A DNA stretch of 64,000 nt, taken from an uncultured Gemmatimonadaceae bacterium. Lineage in GTDB: Bacteria; Gemmatimonadota; Gemmatimonadetes; Gemmatimonadales; Gemmatimonadaceae. The notes beneath the pieces were generated by a model. The model saw only the letters and a program-made list of their open reading frames with translations. It did not search any database and had not been told where the DNA came from. A program made the translations under genes and the position numbers. Of the stretch, positions 27,145-36,488 are shown piece by piece; the stretch's first letter is position 1, and every line of letters starts with the position of its first letter. The stretch spans positions 640,001-704,000 of the forward strand of contig CAWAGQ010000004.1 in the NCBI GenBank assembly GCA_963781585.1, written 5' to 3'.

Positions 27145-28452
27145 GTGCAATCTCGCGTCGATGCGTACGAGCCGCAGAATGACGAAGAGCTCGAGGACGT
27201 CCTCGGGTCGCCAGAGGGGAACGGCACGAAACCGCATCCGGCGAATGAGCCCGGACTCCCTTCCTTCGTGCGACTGTCCGAGGTGGCGCCTGACATCGCG
27301 ATCGAGTGGGACGCCGAGGACCTCTTTGTGCACGGAGAACCTGCGGTTCTGGCCGGGAGAGGGGCCACGTACAAGACGTCGACGATCCTCGCGATGGCCG
27401 GCGCCGTCGCGACGGGACATCGCGTCTTCGGGCGGTTCCATGTGCCCACGCCTGGTCCGTTCTGCTACGTCTCAGGCGAGGATCCGCCCGAGGTGATCCG
27501 CAACCGCCTCGAGGCCATTTGCCACGGCCACGGCTATAACGTGGCCGACGCGTTCGAGAACGTGCACGTGCTCGCGCTCTCCGGCATCGACCTCGCGGAA
27601 GAACGTTGGCGTCGACACGTCAGGGATGAAGTGCGCGCCATCGGCGCGCGGATGCTCGTGCTGGATCCGCTCGCCGAAGTGGACAGCGGCGAGGAGAACA
27701 ACAACGACGACCGCCGGCGCCTCGTACGCGCGATCCGGTGGTTCGGCGCGGAGACCGACGCGACGGTCCTGGTGGCGCACCACTTCCGCAAGAGCGCCGA
27801 GGGCGGAGACAAAGGTGATCTGATCCGGGGCGGTAATGCGCTCCCAAACGCGTCCCGGCAGACGTACGCCTTGGAACGCCTCGACGACGGGAGCGTGACC
27901 GTGGAGTGCGTGAAGTTCTCGCGGGCTGCGCGGCGACCACCCTTCGTGCTGCGGCCGATCATAGAGACCAAACCGGGCAACGAAGCGGTCTGGCTGAGTG
28001 CCCGGTTTGAATACGCCACGGCCTCCGAGGCCAAGTTCGACCGGGCGGAGGAATTCGTGCTCGAGCGCCTCACGCTCGGGGTCCGATTGAGCACCTCAGA
28101 CCTGAAGCTCGAGGCCAAGGGGACCGGTGTTTCCGGTGCCGATATTGCCCGGGCGCTGCGGGTGCTCGAGATGCGCCGGCTCATCAGTTTCGAGGCCGGG
28201 GAGAAGAATGCGAAGCTCTGGGGTCTGGTTGCCGGGCAAGCTGGGCAACCAGAGAATGTGCTTGCCCGGCAAACAGGCAGCTTGCCGGGCAACCAGAATA
28301 AGGCCGGTTCTGCTTGCCTTGCCCCCTTTAGGGGGGCAAGCAGAAACCGGCCGCCTAACGAGCACCGGCAACCAGACCCGCCCCCGAACCACGGCGAGGC
28401 CTGGGAGCCGCCTCTCGACGATTCGCAGGCAGCGATGTGGGGCGGCGCATGA
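27145..28452 (+). CDS. AAA_25/RepA-like helicase
   Basis: Walker A-like LAGRGATYKTS, YVSGED, Walker B MLVLDPL, VAHHFRK, IRGGNAL; wHTH-like C-terminal part. Confidence 0.85.
   Translation: MQSRVDAYEPQNDEELEDVLGSPEGNGTKPHPANEPGLPSFVRLSEVAPDIAIEWDAEDLFVHGEPAVLAGRGATYKTSTILAMAGAVATGHRVFGRFHVPTPGPFCYVSGEDPPEVIRNRLEAICHGHGYNVADAFENVHVLALSGIDLAEERWRRHVRDEVRAIGARMLVLDPLAEVDSGEENNNDDRRRLVRAIRWFGAETDATVLVAHHFRKSAEGGDKGDLIRGGNALPNASRQTYALERLDDGSVTVECVKFSRAARRPPFVLRPIIETKPGNEAVWLSARFEYATASEAKFDRAEEFVLERLTLGVRLSTSDLKLEAKGTGVSGADIARALRVLEMRRLISFEAGEKNAKLWGLVAGQAGQPENVLARQTGSLPGNQNKAGSACLAPFRGASRNRPPNEHRQPDPPPNHGEAWEPPLDDSQAAMWGGA
28229..28351. repeat. iteron-like TTGCC(G/C)GGCAA cluster with a large inverted repeat, putative replication origin
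   Basis: Copies at 28229, 28262 and 28282; GCCGGTTCTGCTTGCC...TTGCCCCC-TTTA-GGGGGGCAAGCAGAAACCGGC. Confidence 0.55.
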
Positions 28453-28535
28453 GCCGGGCGCTGTGGACGCCAGCGCCGCTTCCGTTCGACCGGCGTGGCA
28501 TGACCTCGGCGTCCCGGCCATCCGAGGACTGACCC

Positions 28536-28973
28536 ATGACTCCTCCGGAGAGTCGCGCGATGCGGTTGGCGGCCGGCCTGGATCCGGTCAGTCGGCATGC
28601 GTGGTATGCATTCCTCCCAACCTTGGAGAAGCTGCTCGCCGAGCACCACGGTCTGTGCGACGCGATCCGCGCATCCGATGGCCGGGAGGCGCGAGCCGTG
28701 CGGGCCGCAGGCTATCGCGCGCTCAGAGCGATGCAGCCTTTGGTAGCGATCGTGTGCGAAAACGAAGAGCTACGCGCCCGTATCGCCCGCCTCGCGCCCG
28801 CTCATAAGGACGAGTCGTTAGGTCAACCCCTGCCTTCACCCTTCACTTCCGAGGTGCTCCCATGTTCTACCCTTTCCCCGAACTCGACGGGCAGCTCGCC
28901 TCGGCGCGGCGCCCGCTTCTCACCCGCGCGGAGCGCGAGCGCTGGTGCGCAGAAACGGCGCCGTATGCCGTGA
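28536..28973 (+). CDS. hypothetical protein
   Basis: GAGGA RBS; helical/coiled-coil character; in the rightward operon. Confidence 0.45.
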   Translation: MTPPESRAMRLAAGLDPVSRHAWYAFLPTLEKLLAEHHGLCDAIRASDGREARAVRAAGYRALRAMQPLVAIVCENEELRARIARLAPAHKDESLGQPLPSPFTSEVLPCSTLSPNSTGSSPRRGARFSPARSASAGAQKRRRMP

Positions 28974-29064
28974 CCCTGGACGCCGACGGCCGCATAGTGA
29001 AGTCACCCCTGCGCCAGTCCGCGCCATCGCGCATCCGGCAGATGGCCATCAACGGACGGAACTG

Positions 29065-29265
29065 ATGACCACGCGATCGCGCCCTCAGAGCCCGGCTGAG
29101 CCGCCCGTCGGCGCCCGCCGGCTCATCGATTATTCGACCGGCTCGTTCTATCGCGAGCGGTTGTCCAGCGGCAAGCACATCACGTACCGGCGTGGGGCCA
29201 CGCCGGCGCATACGGACGCGGCGCGGCGCATCGCGCTGCTGCGCCTCGACCTCGCCACCCTCTAA
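29065..29265 (+). CDS. small hypothetical protein
   Basis: ATG overlaps the stop of 28862..29065 (TGATG). Confidence 0.35.
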   Translation: MTTRSRPQSPAEPPVGARRLIDYSTGSFYRERLSSGKHITYRRGATPAHTDAARRIALLRLDLATL

Positions 29266-29282
29266 CGGGAGAACTCGTCCTC

Positions 29283-29973
29283 ATGCTGCCCGAATGGATT
29301 CGTGAAGTTCCCGGCTTCGCGCCGATGCTGAAGGAGTTTGACGAGAAGCAGCGGCGGCAGGCCGCGGTCGAGCGCACGCAGCTCCTCGCCGAGCGTGCGC
29401 GCATCATCGCCGAAGCGGAACGTGGCAATCGAGAGCGGTGGAAGGCGCGCGACGCTCGCGAAGGAGCGAGCGGAAGCGGCGTGGAAGGAATACCAAGCCG
29501 CGAACGCGGCGCTCGTGATCGTCATGGCCGCGGGACACAGCGCAAGTCACGCTGGGTCGCGTCAGCTGCAGCAGCTCGAGGCTCGGCTGCGCGAGTCAGC
29601 GTCTCCCGCTATCGCGGCAGCGCGCGCGCAGCTCGTGGAGCTACGCGAGCAGATCCGGCGCCTTGGCAGTGAGGGGTTCTATAGCCGAACGGCGACGCAT
29701 TTTCTCACTGGCGAGCGGGTCACGGCCGTATCCAACACGCAGGCGATCGCCCAGCGCGTGGATGCCATCGCGACCACGCTCCGCGCGCTCGATGAACTCG
29801 AACTCGTCGACGTGCGCGATCCGGAGGCTGAGGTCGCGACGATCCTCGCCGGCGTACCAGGCGGCGTGCAGGATCCGGCCACTGAGGCCGTGGTGTTCTT
29901 TGAGACGCGGCCAGTCAACCCGCCGGAAGCGCGGCGCTCAGGTGAGGTTACCCCGCTGGGACGTCGGCGATGA
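29283..29973 (+). pseudogene. coiled-coil protein gene apparently split by a frameshift near 29424
   Basis: MLPEWIREV...IIAEAER continues with the same helical character in the +1 frame (AIESGGRRATLAKERAEAAWKEYQ...LQQLEARLRE). Confidence 0.5.
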
Positions 29974-30168
29974 GGCCGCGCGTCCGGCAGGCCGGAGTCG
30001 GCCTTCGCAGCGCATGGCGCGGGAACTCGCAGACCCACCCCGGGGTCGGTCCGATCTCTGTGATCGGCCGCGTTAGGGACCGTGGCCAGCCCTCAGCGCG
30101 CCCTGGGCAGGTTTTGCGAGCCGAAAGTGCCCGGCAGGACCTTCGCAGAACGAGCGGAGGCTGAAACG

Positions 30169-30657
30169 ATGCGTGGTCCGCCGAAGAAACCGACCGCCGT
30201 CAAGCTGATCGAGGGCACCTTCCGCCGGGATCGTGCGCCGAGGCGCGAGCCGCGTCCGGTGCCAGGCGTTCCCCGGCGCCCCCGCTGGCTCGATGCCCGC
30301 GGCGCGACGAAATGGCGACAGCTCGTGGCCATCCTCGGTCCAATGCACGTGGTGACCGTGGCCGACGGCGATGCGCTAGCGCTGGCTGCGGAGGCGTTCT
30401 CGCGATTCCTGGCGGCCAGGGATGCGGTCCGACAGTTCGGCACGGTCTACAGTTCGGCGACCCCGGCCGGGGGCACGATCGTCCGGCCCCGTCCGGAGTG
30501 CGCGATGGCGACGAGCACGTGGCGGGACTATCTGCGCGCGCTGCAGGAGTTCGGCCTCACGCCGGCGGCACGCGCCCGGGTGGAAGCGCGAGACGACGGC
30601 GGGAGCGAGACCGACCGGTTCCTGTTCGATGAGTCACGCCGCCGGCGTCGAGCGTAG
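30169..30657 (+). CDS. terS: phage terminase small subunit, P27 family
   Basis: GGAGG RBS; MRGPPKKPTAVKLIEGT, PRWLD...KW, D..ALA...EA, RPRPE, EFGLTPAARAR. Confidence 0.9.
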   Translation: MRGPPKKPTAVKLIEGTFRRDRAPRREPRPVPGVPRRPRWLDARGATKWRQLVAILGPMHVVTVADGDALALAAEAFSRFLAARDAVRQFGTVYSSATPAGGTIVRPRPECAMATSTWRDYLRALQEFGLTPAARARVEARDDGGSETDRFLFDESRRRRRA

Positions 30658-30666
30658 GAGAGCCGA

Positions 30667-30807
30667 ATGACAACATCACAGCAGCATGGCGATGAGCTGA
30701 TGCTCTTGCGGGCCAGGTACGACGCGCTGGCCGCCGAGGCGGTGCGGCAGGCGATTCTCTCCGGCGGCTCGCTCAAGATCGATGTGGAGGGCATCACGGA
30801 GCCGTGA
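30667..30807 (+). CDS. small hypothetical protein, 46 aa (absent from ORF track)
   Basis: AGGAG RBS; MTTSQQHGDELMLLRARYDALAAEAVRQAILSGGSLKIDVEGITEP; stop overlaps the next GTG. Confidence 0.5.
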   Translation: MTTSQQHGDELMLLRARYDALAAEAVRQAILSGGSLKIDVEGITEP

Positions 30808-31142
30808 CGTCTCCTCTTGCGGGCCAACTCGAGGCGCTCATCGAGCGCGCGACGGCAGAGGAATTGCCGACGCTCGCGGGAGCGTTGGCGACCGCGCTCG
30901 CGAGCGTGCTGGCGCGCGTATCGACGCCGGCCGCAGGGCCGACCCTTTCCCGGCCGCACACAACCTCTGACGGGCTCCTGGACGTGCAGCAGGCGGCCGA
31001 GCGGCTCGGGGTAGCGCCGACGTGGCTCTACCGACATGCCAGCAAGCTCCCCTTCACCCGGAAACTCGGGCACAAGACGCTCCGCTTTGACGCCCGCGGC
31101 CTCGATCGCTGGGCCGCGACGCGCGCCACGTCGCATGCTTGA
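30804..31142 (+). CDS. excisionase-like HTH_17 protein
   Basis: LLDVQQAAERLGVAPTWLYRHASKLPFTRKLGHKTLRFDARGLDRW. Confidence 0.85.
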   Translation: MTSPLAGQLEALIERATAEELPTLAGALATALASVLARVSTPAAGPTLSRPHTTSDGLLDVQQAAERLGVAPTWLYRHASKLPFTRKLGHKTLRFDARGLDRWAATRATSHA

Positions 31143-31177
31143 CATCATGCACCGGTCGGTAACACATTGGTACCAGC

Positions 31178-31423
31178 ATGAACGCCGTCACTCGCACCAT
31201 GCAGCGGATCCTCGCTGACTCGCCGGTGAGCCTTCGGGAGATTGCCCGGCGGTGCGGGGTGTCGCATGTGCAGCTCGCACGGATCGTGAATGGTGAACGC
31301 AACGCGACGCCGGCCGTGGCCGCCGCAGTGGCGACGGCGCTGGAGACACTCGGGGCCGACTGTACCGCGCGTGCGAAGCGGGTGCGGCGTTCCTTGGCCA
31401 CATCAGGCAAGGGGGAGCGATGA
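31178..31423 (+). CDS. XRE-like HTH protein
   Basis: SLREIARRCGVSHVQLARIVNGERNATP; ATGA-coupled to the integrase. Confidence 0.75.
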   Translation: MNAVTRTMQRILADSPVSLREIARRCGVSHVQLARIVNGERNATPAVAAAVATALETLGADCTARAKRVRRSLATSGKGER

Positions 31424-32520
31424 GAGACGCGACGAAGAAGCGCGCCGAGCGTGGCGCCGGAGGGCTCTACCAGCGCGGCGGTCTGTGGTGGATTCGCTAT
31501 AGCTATCGGGGAAAGCAACTCCGCGAGTCGAGCGGCTCCGACGTGCGGAACGACGCCGTGAAGCTCTTGCGGCGGCGTCTGGCCGAGATGGGATCCGGAA
31601 AGCTCATCGGTCCGGACGCCGAGCGCACGTCGTTCGACGACCTGGCCGACATGGTGATTGCTGACTATCGGCTCAATGGCCGGCGCTCGACTCGACGGGC
31701 CACCGAGGCGCTTGCGCGGCTTCGCGGCTTCTTTGCGTTCGCGCGCGTGCCTGACGTGACGAGCGATCGCATCGCCCGCTACATCACACAACGGCAAGAG
31801 GACAGCGCCGCGGCCGCGACGATCCGATACGAGCTGTCGATGCTCAAGCGCGCCTTCACGCTCGGCATGCGCGCCGGCAAGGCCGCGACGCGCCCCTACA
31901 TCCCCACGGTGGCCGTCGATAACGCTCGCAAGGGATTCTTTGAGCCCGCAGACTTCGAGGCCGTCGAGACGCACTTGCCGGCGCCGCTGCAGCCGCTCAT
32001 GCGCTTCCTCTACCTCACCGGCTGGCGCGCGGGTGAAGCGCTCGGGCTCACCTGGGCGGGCGTTGATTTTTCGGCCGGCGTCTTGCGGCTCGAACCAGGC
32101 GTGACGAAGAATCGTGAGGGGCGGGAGTTTCCCTTTGCGGGCTTCCCTGCCCTGGCCGAGCTCCTCCGCGCACAGCGCGAGCATACGTCGGTGATCGAGC
32201 GGAAGCGACAGCGCATCATCGCGCACGTCTTCCATCGGAACGGCAAGCCGCTCCGGTCGTACAGCGGCGGATGGGACGCGGCGACGAAAGCGGTTGGGCT
32301 CGAGGGCCGGCTCGTGCACGACTTGCGGCGCACGGCGGTGCGGAACCTCGAGCGGGCCGGCGTCTCGCGGTCCGTGGCGATGAAACTGACGGGCCACAAG
32401 ACCGAGGCCGTGTACCGTCGTTATGCGATCACGTCCGCGGCCGATCTCTCCGAAGGCGTCGCGAAACTGGCGACGCTGCACGCGGGGCCAGCGAAGCGCA
32501 CGACGGCCGGCACCCGATGA
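31420..32520 (+). CDS. int: tyrosine integrase
   Basis: Arm-binding N-terminus (GLYQRGGLWWIRYSYRGK); catalytic TGWRAGE, TKN, HDLRR, GHKT, RRY; next to the tRNA att site. Confidence 0.96.
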   Translation: MRDATKKRAERGAGGLYQRGGLWWIRYSYRGKQLRESSGSDVRNDAVKLLRRRLAEMGSGKLIGPDAERTSFDDLADMVIADYRLNGRRSTRRATEALARLRGFFAFARVPDVTSDRIARYITQRQEDSAAAATIRYELSMLKRAFTLGMRAGKAATRPYIPTVAVDNARKGFFEPADFEAVETHLPAPLQPLMRFLYLTGWRAGEALGLTWAGVDFSAGVLRLEPGVTKNREGREFPFAGFPALAELLRAQREHTSVIERKRQRIIAHVFHRNGKPLRSYSGGWDAATKAVGLEGRLVHDLRRTAVRNLERAGVSRSVAMKLTGHKTEAVYRRYAITSAADLSEGVAKLATLHAGPAKRTTAGTR

Positions 32521-32521
32521 C

Positions 32522-32542
32522 TTCTAGCACAGTTCTAGCACA
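32522..32542 (+). repeat. two TTCTAGCACA arm-type repeats
   Basis: Same motif as 17902-17934, directly after the integrase stop. Confidence 0.8.
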
Positions 32543-32607
32543 ATTTCGCGATATTCACGCGTGGCAGCACTTCAGGTGACGGGCTCTAAGTCCTTATGCT
32601 GCAACGA

Positions 32608-32691
32608 TGCCCAGGACGAGACTCGAACTCGTAAGGGCCGAAGCCCGGCGGATTTTGAGTCCGCTGCGTCTACCAGTTCCGCCACCCGGGC
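32608..32691 (-). tRNA. tRNA-Leu(CAA); CCA not encoded
   Basis: GCCCGGG TGGCGGAACTGGTAGACGC A GCGGA-CTCAAAA-TCCGC, variable arm GGGC-TTCG-GCCC, T arm ACGAG-TTCGAGT-CTCGT, CCTGGGC-A. Confidence 0.97.
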
Positions 32692-32806
32692 TCGACGGCA
32701 ATGTAGCACGCCGTGCCGTCCGGACTCAACGGAGCAGCCACCGCCCGGACTGCGCCGCTCCAGCGTCCGGTTCCGCCGCCGCGTGAATGCCCGCGGCGAG
32801 CTGGAA

Positions 32807-33352
32807 CTAGACGGGTGGGCGCTTGCGACCGCGCCCCGGCGCCCCGGGACGCCCGCTCAGCGAGTCATCGACGAATCCCGGACGATCGCGGAACTGCTCG
32901 ATCCGCCGGCGCGTCTGCTCCTGCAGGCCCAGATACCTTGCGCGCTGCGATGGCGTGAGGAACTTCGCCAGATCCGCCTGCTCGTTGTCCGTCACGTCGA
33001 GCCGTTCGTGCTGAATGCGCGCCAACTCCTGCAGCTGCTGCGCGACCCGATCCTCGCTCGGCGCTCCGCTCTCCATGAGCTCCTTCCGCAAGGCCATGCG
33101 CGCCTGGCGCTCACGCCGGACGAGATTCAGGCGCAGGGGCTCGTATTTCTGATTCACCTCCGCCAGGCGGCGCATCTCGTCGTCGCTCAACCCGACCTGC
33201 TTCTGAACGACCGACGCCAGCCGCTCACGGAAGCGCTGCTCCAGGGCAGCGCGGTCCGGCGGTGCCTGGCCCCGCCCGCGCTGCGCCGCCGCCGGATGCG
33301 GGAGCGCTGCCGCGATCGCAGCGACCAGGCTCGCCAGAATCAATCGACGCAT
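32807..33352 (-). CDS. Spy/CpxP-like periplasmic helical protein
   Basis: Signal peptide MRRLILASLVAA...AAAQ; LSDDEMRRL and LTPSQRARY motifs; third gene of the ECF operon. Confidence 0.7.
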   Translation of the reverse strand: MRRLILASLVAAIAAALPHPAAAQRGRGQAPPDRAALEQRFRERLASVVQKQVGLSDDEMRRLAEVNQKYEPLRLNLVRRERQARMALRKELMESGAPSEDRVAQQLQELARIQHERLDVTDNEQADLAKFLTPSQRARYLGLQEQTRRRIEQFRDRPGFVDDSLSGRPGAPGRGRKRPPV

Positions 33353-33354
33353 TC

Positions 33355-33948
33355 CTATTCCTTCGATGTATCCGGTGTTGCGGGAACCACGGGCGCCACC
33401 TCGGTCGGCGGCAACGCATCCGGCTCTGCCGGTGGTGCCGCCTCCAGAGACTCGAGCGAACCGATCAACGCCTCGAGATCTTCGGTCGCGAGGTCGCTCA
33501 CCCCACCGCCGAAGGTGATGCCGGAACGACTGGCTTGCGCCACCACGAGCGGCTGCGACGTATCGCGCGCGAGCATGGTACTGTCCACCCGCGTCAGCCG
33601 ACCGTCGCCGCTGAAGAACGAGCGCGCCACCACCAGCGAGATGCCGCCCAGCGAGATGAACGAGATCGCGGCGGCCAGACGCCATGCTACGAGCCGGCGC
33701 AGGTGCGGACGCCCGAGCGTCCAGGAACGCTGGTGCGGCTGCGGCAGCGCGCGGACAATCGCCGCAGTGTCGATGGGCGGTACCAGCGCGAACGCCTGTC
33801 GGACCGCGCGGAGCGTTCCCAGCTCCGCGACGCAGTCCTCGCAGATGGCCAGGTGTGCGTCGACGCGCGCCCGATCGGACGCGGCGAGCCGGCCGTGCAG
33901 GTATTCCGGCAGCAGCTCCCGGATCTCGACGCTCGTGCAATCAGACAT
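33355..33948 (-). CDS. zinc-finger (zf-HC2) anti-sigma factor
   Basis: C...RELLPEYLHGRL...HLAICEDC; one TM segment. Confidence 0.85.
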   Translation of the reverse strand: MSDCTSVEIRELLPEYLHGRLAASDRARVDAHLAICEDCVAELGTLRAVRQAFALVPPIDTAAIVRALPQPHQRSWTLGRPHLRRLVAWRLAAAISFISLGGISLVVARSFFSGDGRLTRVDSTMLARDTSQPLVVAQASRSGITFGGGVSDLATEDLEALIGSLESLEAAPPAEPDALPPTEVAPVVPATPDTSKE

Positions 33949-34492
33949 ACAGGCTCTCCTTCACCGTCCGCAGCGCATTATGGTAATGCACACGCGCGGC
34001 ACCTTCGGTTGTGCCGACGATCCCGGCAATCTCCTTGTACGACAATCCTTCCGACACTCGCAAGATGAAGACTTCACGTTGGGTGGGCGAGAGCCTCTGC
34101 ACGGCATCCTTCACTCGTGCCTCGGCCTCGTCCGCGATGATGCTGTCCAGCGCCGTGAACTCCGTGGCGGCGCCGACATTGTCCAGCGATCCGACATCTT
34201 TCCGCCGCCGCGCGGACCGCCGTCGATCCACCACCAGCCGTCGCGCGATGGTAAACAACCACGTCCTGAGGGCGCTGTCGCCCCGAAACGAATCGAGTGA
34301 CGAGAACGCCCGAACAAACGTATCCTGCACCACCTCATCCACCGCGTCCCGCTCGCCGAGGCTCAACACGTACCGCGACAGGGCGGTTGCGTGACGCTCC
34401 ACGAGGCCGGTGGCCGCCCGTTCGTCACCCCCGCGCCAGCGCGCTATCAACTGCTGGTCGAGGGCGTCGCTGCGGTTCTGGTCCTCAGCCAT
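33941..34492 (-). CDS. ECF RNA polymerase sigma factor
   Basis: VVQDTFVRAF, FRGDSALRTWLFTIARR, LSPTQREVFILR, LSYKEIA. Confidence 0.93.
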   Translation of the reverse strand: MAEDQNRSDALDQQLIARWRGGDERAATGLVERHATALSRYVLSLGERDAVDEVVQDTFVRAFSSLDSFRGDSALRTWLFTIARRLVVDRRRSARRRKDVGSLDNVGAATEFTALDSIIADEAEARVKDAVQRLSPTQREVFILRVSEGLSYKEIAGIVGTTEGAARVHYHNALRTVKESLYV

Positions 34493-34628
34493 GTGTTTGC
34501 GCAGGATAGGACGTCACGGTGCTGCAATCGTTAAGACAGATTGCCCGAATGCGGCGCCCCACTGATCCGGCCGCGACGCCTCGTCTCACGGCACGCCGGC
34601 AGATGGCGCCGTGCCCCTGGAGGACGGT

Positions 34629-35321
34629 ATGAGCCGCCCGGAAGTCATTGCCCACCGGGGTGTTGTCAGAGGGGTGCCGGAGAACTCCATCGCGGCATTC
34701 CGCGCGGCGCTCGTCCTGGGTGTCGACGGCATTGAGCTCGACGTTCATACCACTGCTGACGGGGTGGTAGTGGTCCACCACGATCCGCTCCTGCCGGCAC
34801 CGGACGACGCCGGCGAGGGTGCCCCGATCGCCCGTCTGTCGTGGCAGGCGCTCCACCGTGAGACAACGGAGGGCCGTCACATCCCGACCCTCGACGAAGT
34901 GCTCGAAGAAGTCAACGCGCGCTGCAGGGTTTATGTGGAGATCAAGGCCCCGCGAATCGAAGCCCAGGTCTGTCGCGCCCTTCGTACCCGTTCCGCGTGG
35001 TGCGCGGTCCACAGCTTCGACCACCGCACGATCTCCAGGGCTCATGCGCTGGCGCCCGGCATACCGGGAGGTGTGTTGATGTCGAGCTATCTCATGGATC
35101 CCCTCGTTCCGCTTCGCGACACGGACGCGCGGGACCTCTGGCAGCACGTCGACATGGTCGACGAGGAATTGGTGCAGCGCGTTCACGGGATGGGGCGGCG
35201 GCTGATCGTCTGGACGGTCAACGCGCCGGACGATATCACCCGGTTGAGCGCCTGGTCCGTGGACGGGTTGTGCACCGACGCCAGCGAAGTGGCGCTGGCG
35301 TCGGTGCTGGTCGGCGGATAG
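34629..35321 (+). CDS. glycerophosphodiester phosphodiesterase
   Basis: IAHRG, PENSIAAF, IELDVH, VVHHD, VEIK, WTVN, DGLCTD. Confidence 0.93.
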   Translation: MSRPEVIAHRGVVRGVPENSIAAFRAALVLGVDGIELDVHTTADGVVVVHHDPLLPAPDDAGEGAPIARLSWQALHRETTEGRHIPTLDEVLEEVNARCRVYVEIKAPRIEAQVCRALRTRSAWCAVHSFDHRTISRAHALAPGIPGGVLMSSYLMDPLVPLRDTDARDLWQHVDMVDEELVQRVHGMGRRLIVWTVNAPDDITRLSAWSVDGLCTDASEVALASVLVGG

Positions 35322-35345
35322 CGGCCGCGCGTCGCGCGCTTTCGC

Positions 35346-35678
35346 TCAGCCGGGCGGCGTGGTGCCGCCTTCGGCGCCGGGCTCGGGGGGCTTGTCCGCA
35401 CCCTCCTTCTGGCTTGCCGTGCGCAGGAGCTCCTCGAGCCGTTTCACCTCGGCGTCGCGTTCGGCCAGCGCGTTCACCAGGCGCGTCAGGGATTCCCAGT
35501 CGGGGTCCTGCCCGGCCTGGCGTGCACGGAATACCGCGTAGCCTAACGATTCCGCGGACTTGTCCGCGAGCTGACGGGCCCGGAAGGCCTCCAGGCGGAG
35601 CTTGCCCTCATCGAGTGCGCCCTGCGCCGCCTTGCCGGCGCGGTCGAGTTCCGTTCTGAGCTTGTCCCACAGTGCCAT
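35346..35678 (-). CDS. hypothetical coiled-coil protein
   Basis: MALWDKLRTELDRAGKAAQGALDEGKLRLE...; 110 aa. Confidence 0.7.
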   Translation of the reverse strand: MALWDKLRTELDRAGKAAQGALDEGKLRLEAFRARQLADKSAESLGYAVFRARQAGQDPDWESLTRLVNALAERDAEVKRLEELLRTASQKEGADKPPEPGAEGGTTPPG

Positions 35679-35823
35679 GTGACCCCCGATGCAGGACGGC
35701 GCGCCACCAGACGCCGCGCCGGATGTGTCCGGTGCCCGATGGCCGACGAGGCCTGGCCCTCGAGCAATGGCCGCAGCCAGCCATACGCGACGGCGGCGCT
35801 GAAAGTTGCATCGGTGGGCGGCG

Positions 35824-35854
35824 AAAAAAAATCCCCGGCCGTGCAGGACCGGGG
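35824..35854 (-). terminator. intrinsic terminator after rpmA
   Basis: Minus strand CCCCGGTC-CTGCAC-GGCCGGGG-A-TTTTTTTT. Confidence 0.8.
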
Positions 35855-35875
35855 CGGGGTCGCGTCCGTCAGCCG

Positions 35876-36154
35876 TTAGGCAGCCGTTTCATCGGCTCCC
35901 GGACGCGGGTAGACGCTGACACGGTAGCGGCGCTTGCTCTTGTGCTCGAACCGCACCACGCCGTCGATGAGCGAGTAGATGGTGTAGTCGGTGCCCAATC
36001 CCACGTTGGTTCCGGGATGCCACTTCGTCCCGGTCTGCCGGAGGATGATGTTTCCGGCGCGGACGTACTCCCCGCCATACTTCTTCACCCCCCGGTATTT
36101 CGGGTTGCTGTCGCGGCCGTTGCGAGACGAGCCGACGCCCTTCTTGTGTGCCAT
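35876..36154 (-). CDS. rpmA: 50S ribosomal protein L27
   Basis: [24 protein letters not shown]. Confidence 0.98.
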   Translation of the reverse strand: MAHKKGVGSSRNGRDSNPKYRGVKKYGGEYVRAGNIILRQTGTKWHPGTNVGLGTDYTIYSLIDGVVRFEHKSKRRYRVSVYPRPGADETAA

Positions 36155-36167
36155 TGCGTCCTCGACG

Positions 36168-36488
36168 TCAACCGAGCGCGATGCGCTCGATGCGGATTTC
36201 GGTGAAGCCCTGCCGGTGTCCCTGCTTGCGCGCGTAGTTCTTGCGCCGCTTGAACTTGAATACCACGAGCTTCTCGCCCCGCCCCTGCTTCACGATCTGA
36301 CCGGTCACCTTCGCGCCGTCGAGCCGGGGGACGCCGGTGTGCAGGCGCTCGCCATCAGAGCCGAAAAGCACGTCGTCGAACTCCACCGTCGTGCCGGACT
36401 CGCCCGGCAGCGACGGCACGCGCAGGGTGGAGCCTTCCTGCACGCGATACTGCTTACCGCCGGTTCTGATGATCGCGTACGATGCCAT
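36168..36488 (-). CDS. rplU: 50S ribosomal protein L21
   Basis: [13 protein letters not shown]...[17 protein letters not shown]. Confidence 0.98.
   Translation of the reverse strand: MASYAIIRTGGKQYRVQEGSTLRVPSLPGESGTTVEFDDVLFGSDGERLHTGVPRLDGAKVTGQIVKQGRGEKLVVFKFKRRKNYARKQGHRQGFTEIRIERIALG

Larger units (their letters stand above)
17734..32663. mobile_element. integrated phage-satellite-like element (~14.9 kb) in tRNA-Leu(CAA)
   Basis: 56-bp perfect direct repeat of the tRNA 3' part at both ends; tyrosine integrase next to the tRNA; small terminase, AAA helicase, S49 homologue and HTH regulators; no virion structural genes recognised. Confidence 0.92.

Noticed and set aside
31420..32520. Integrase as the IntI serving the cassettes
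   Set aside because: It has an arm-binding N-terminus and phage-type motifs, and lacks the IntI-specific insertion before the HxxR box.
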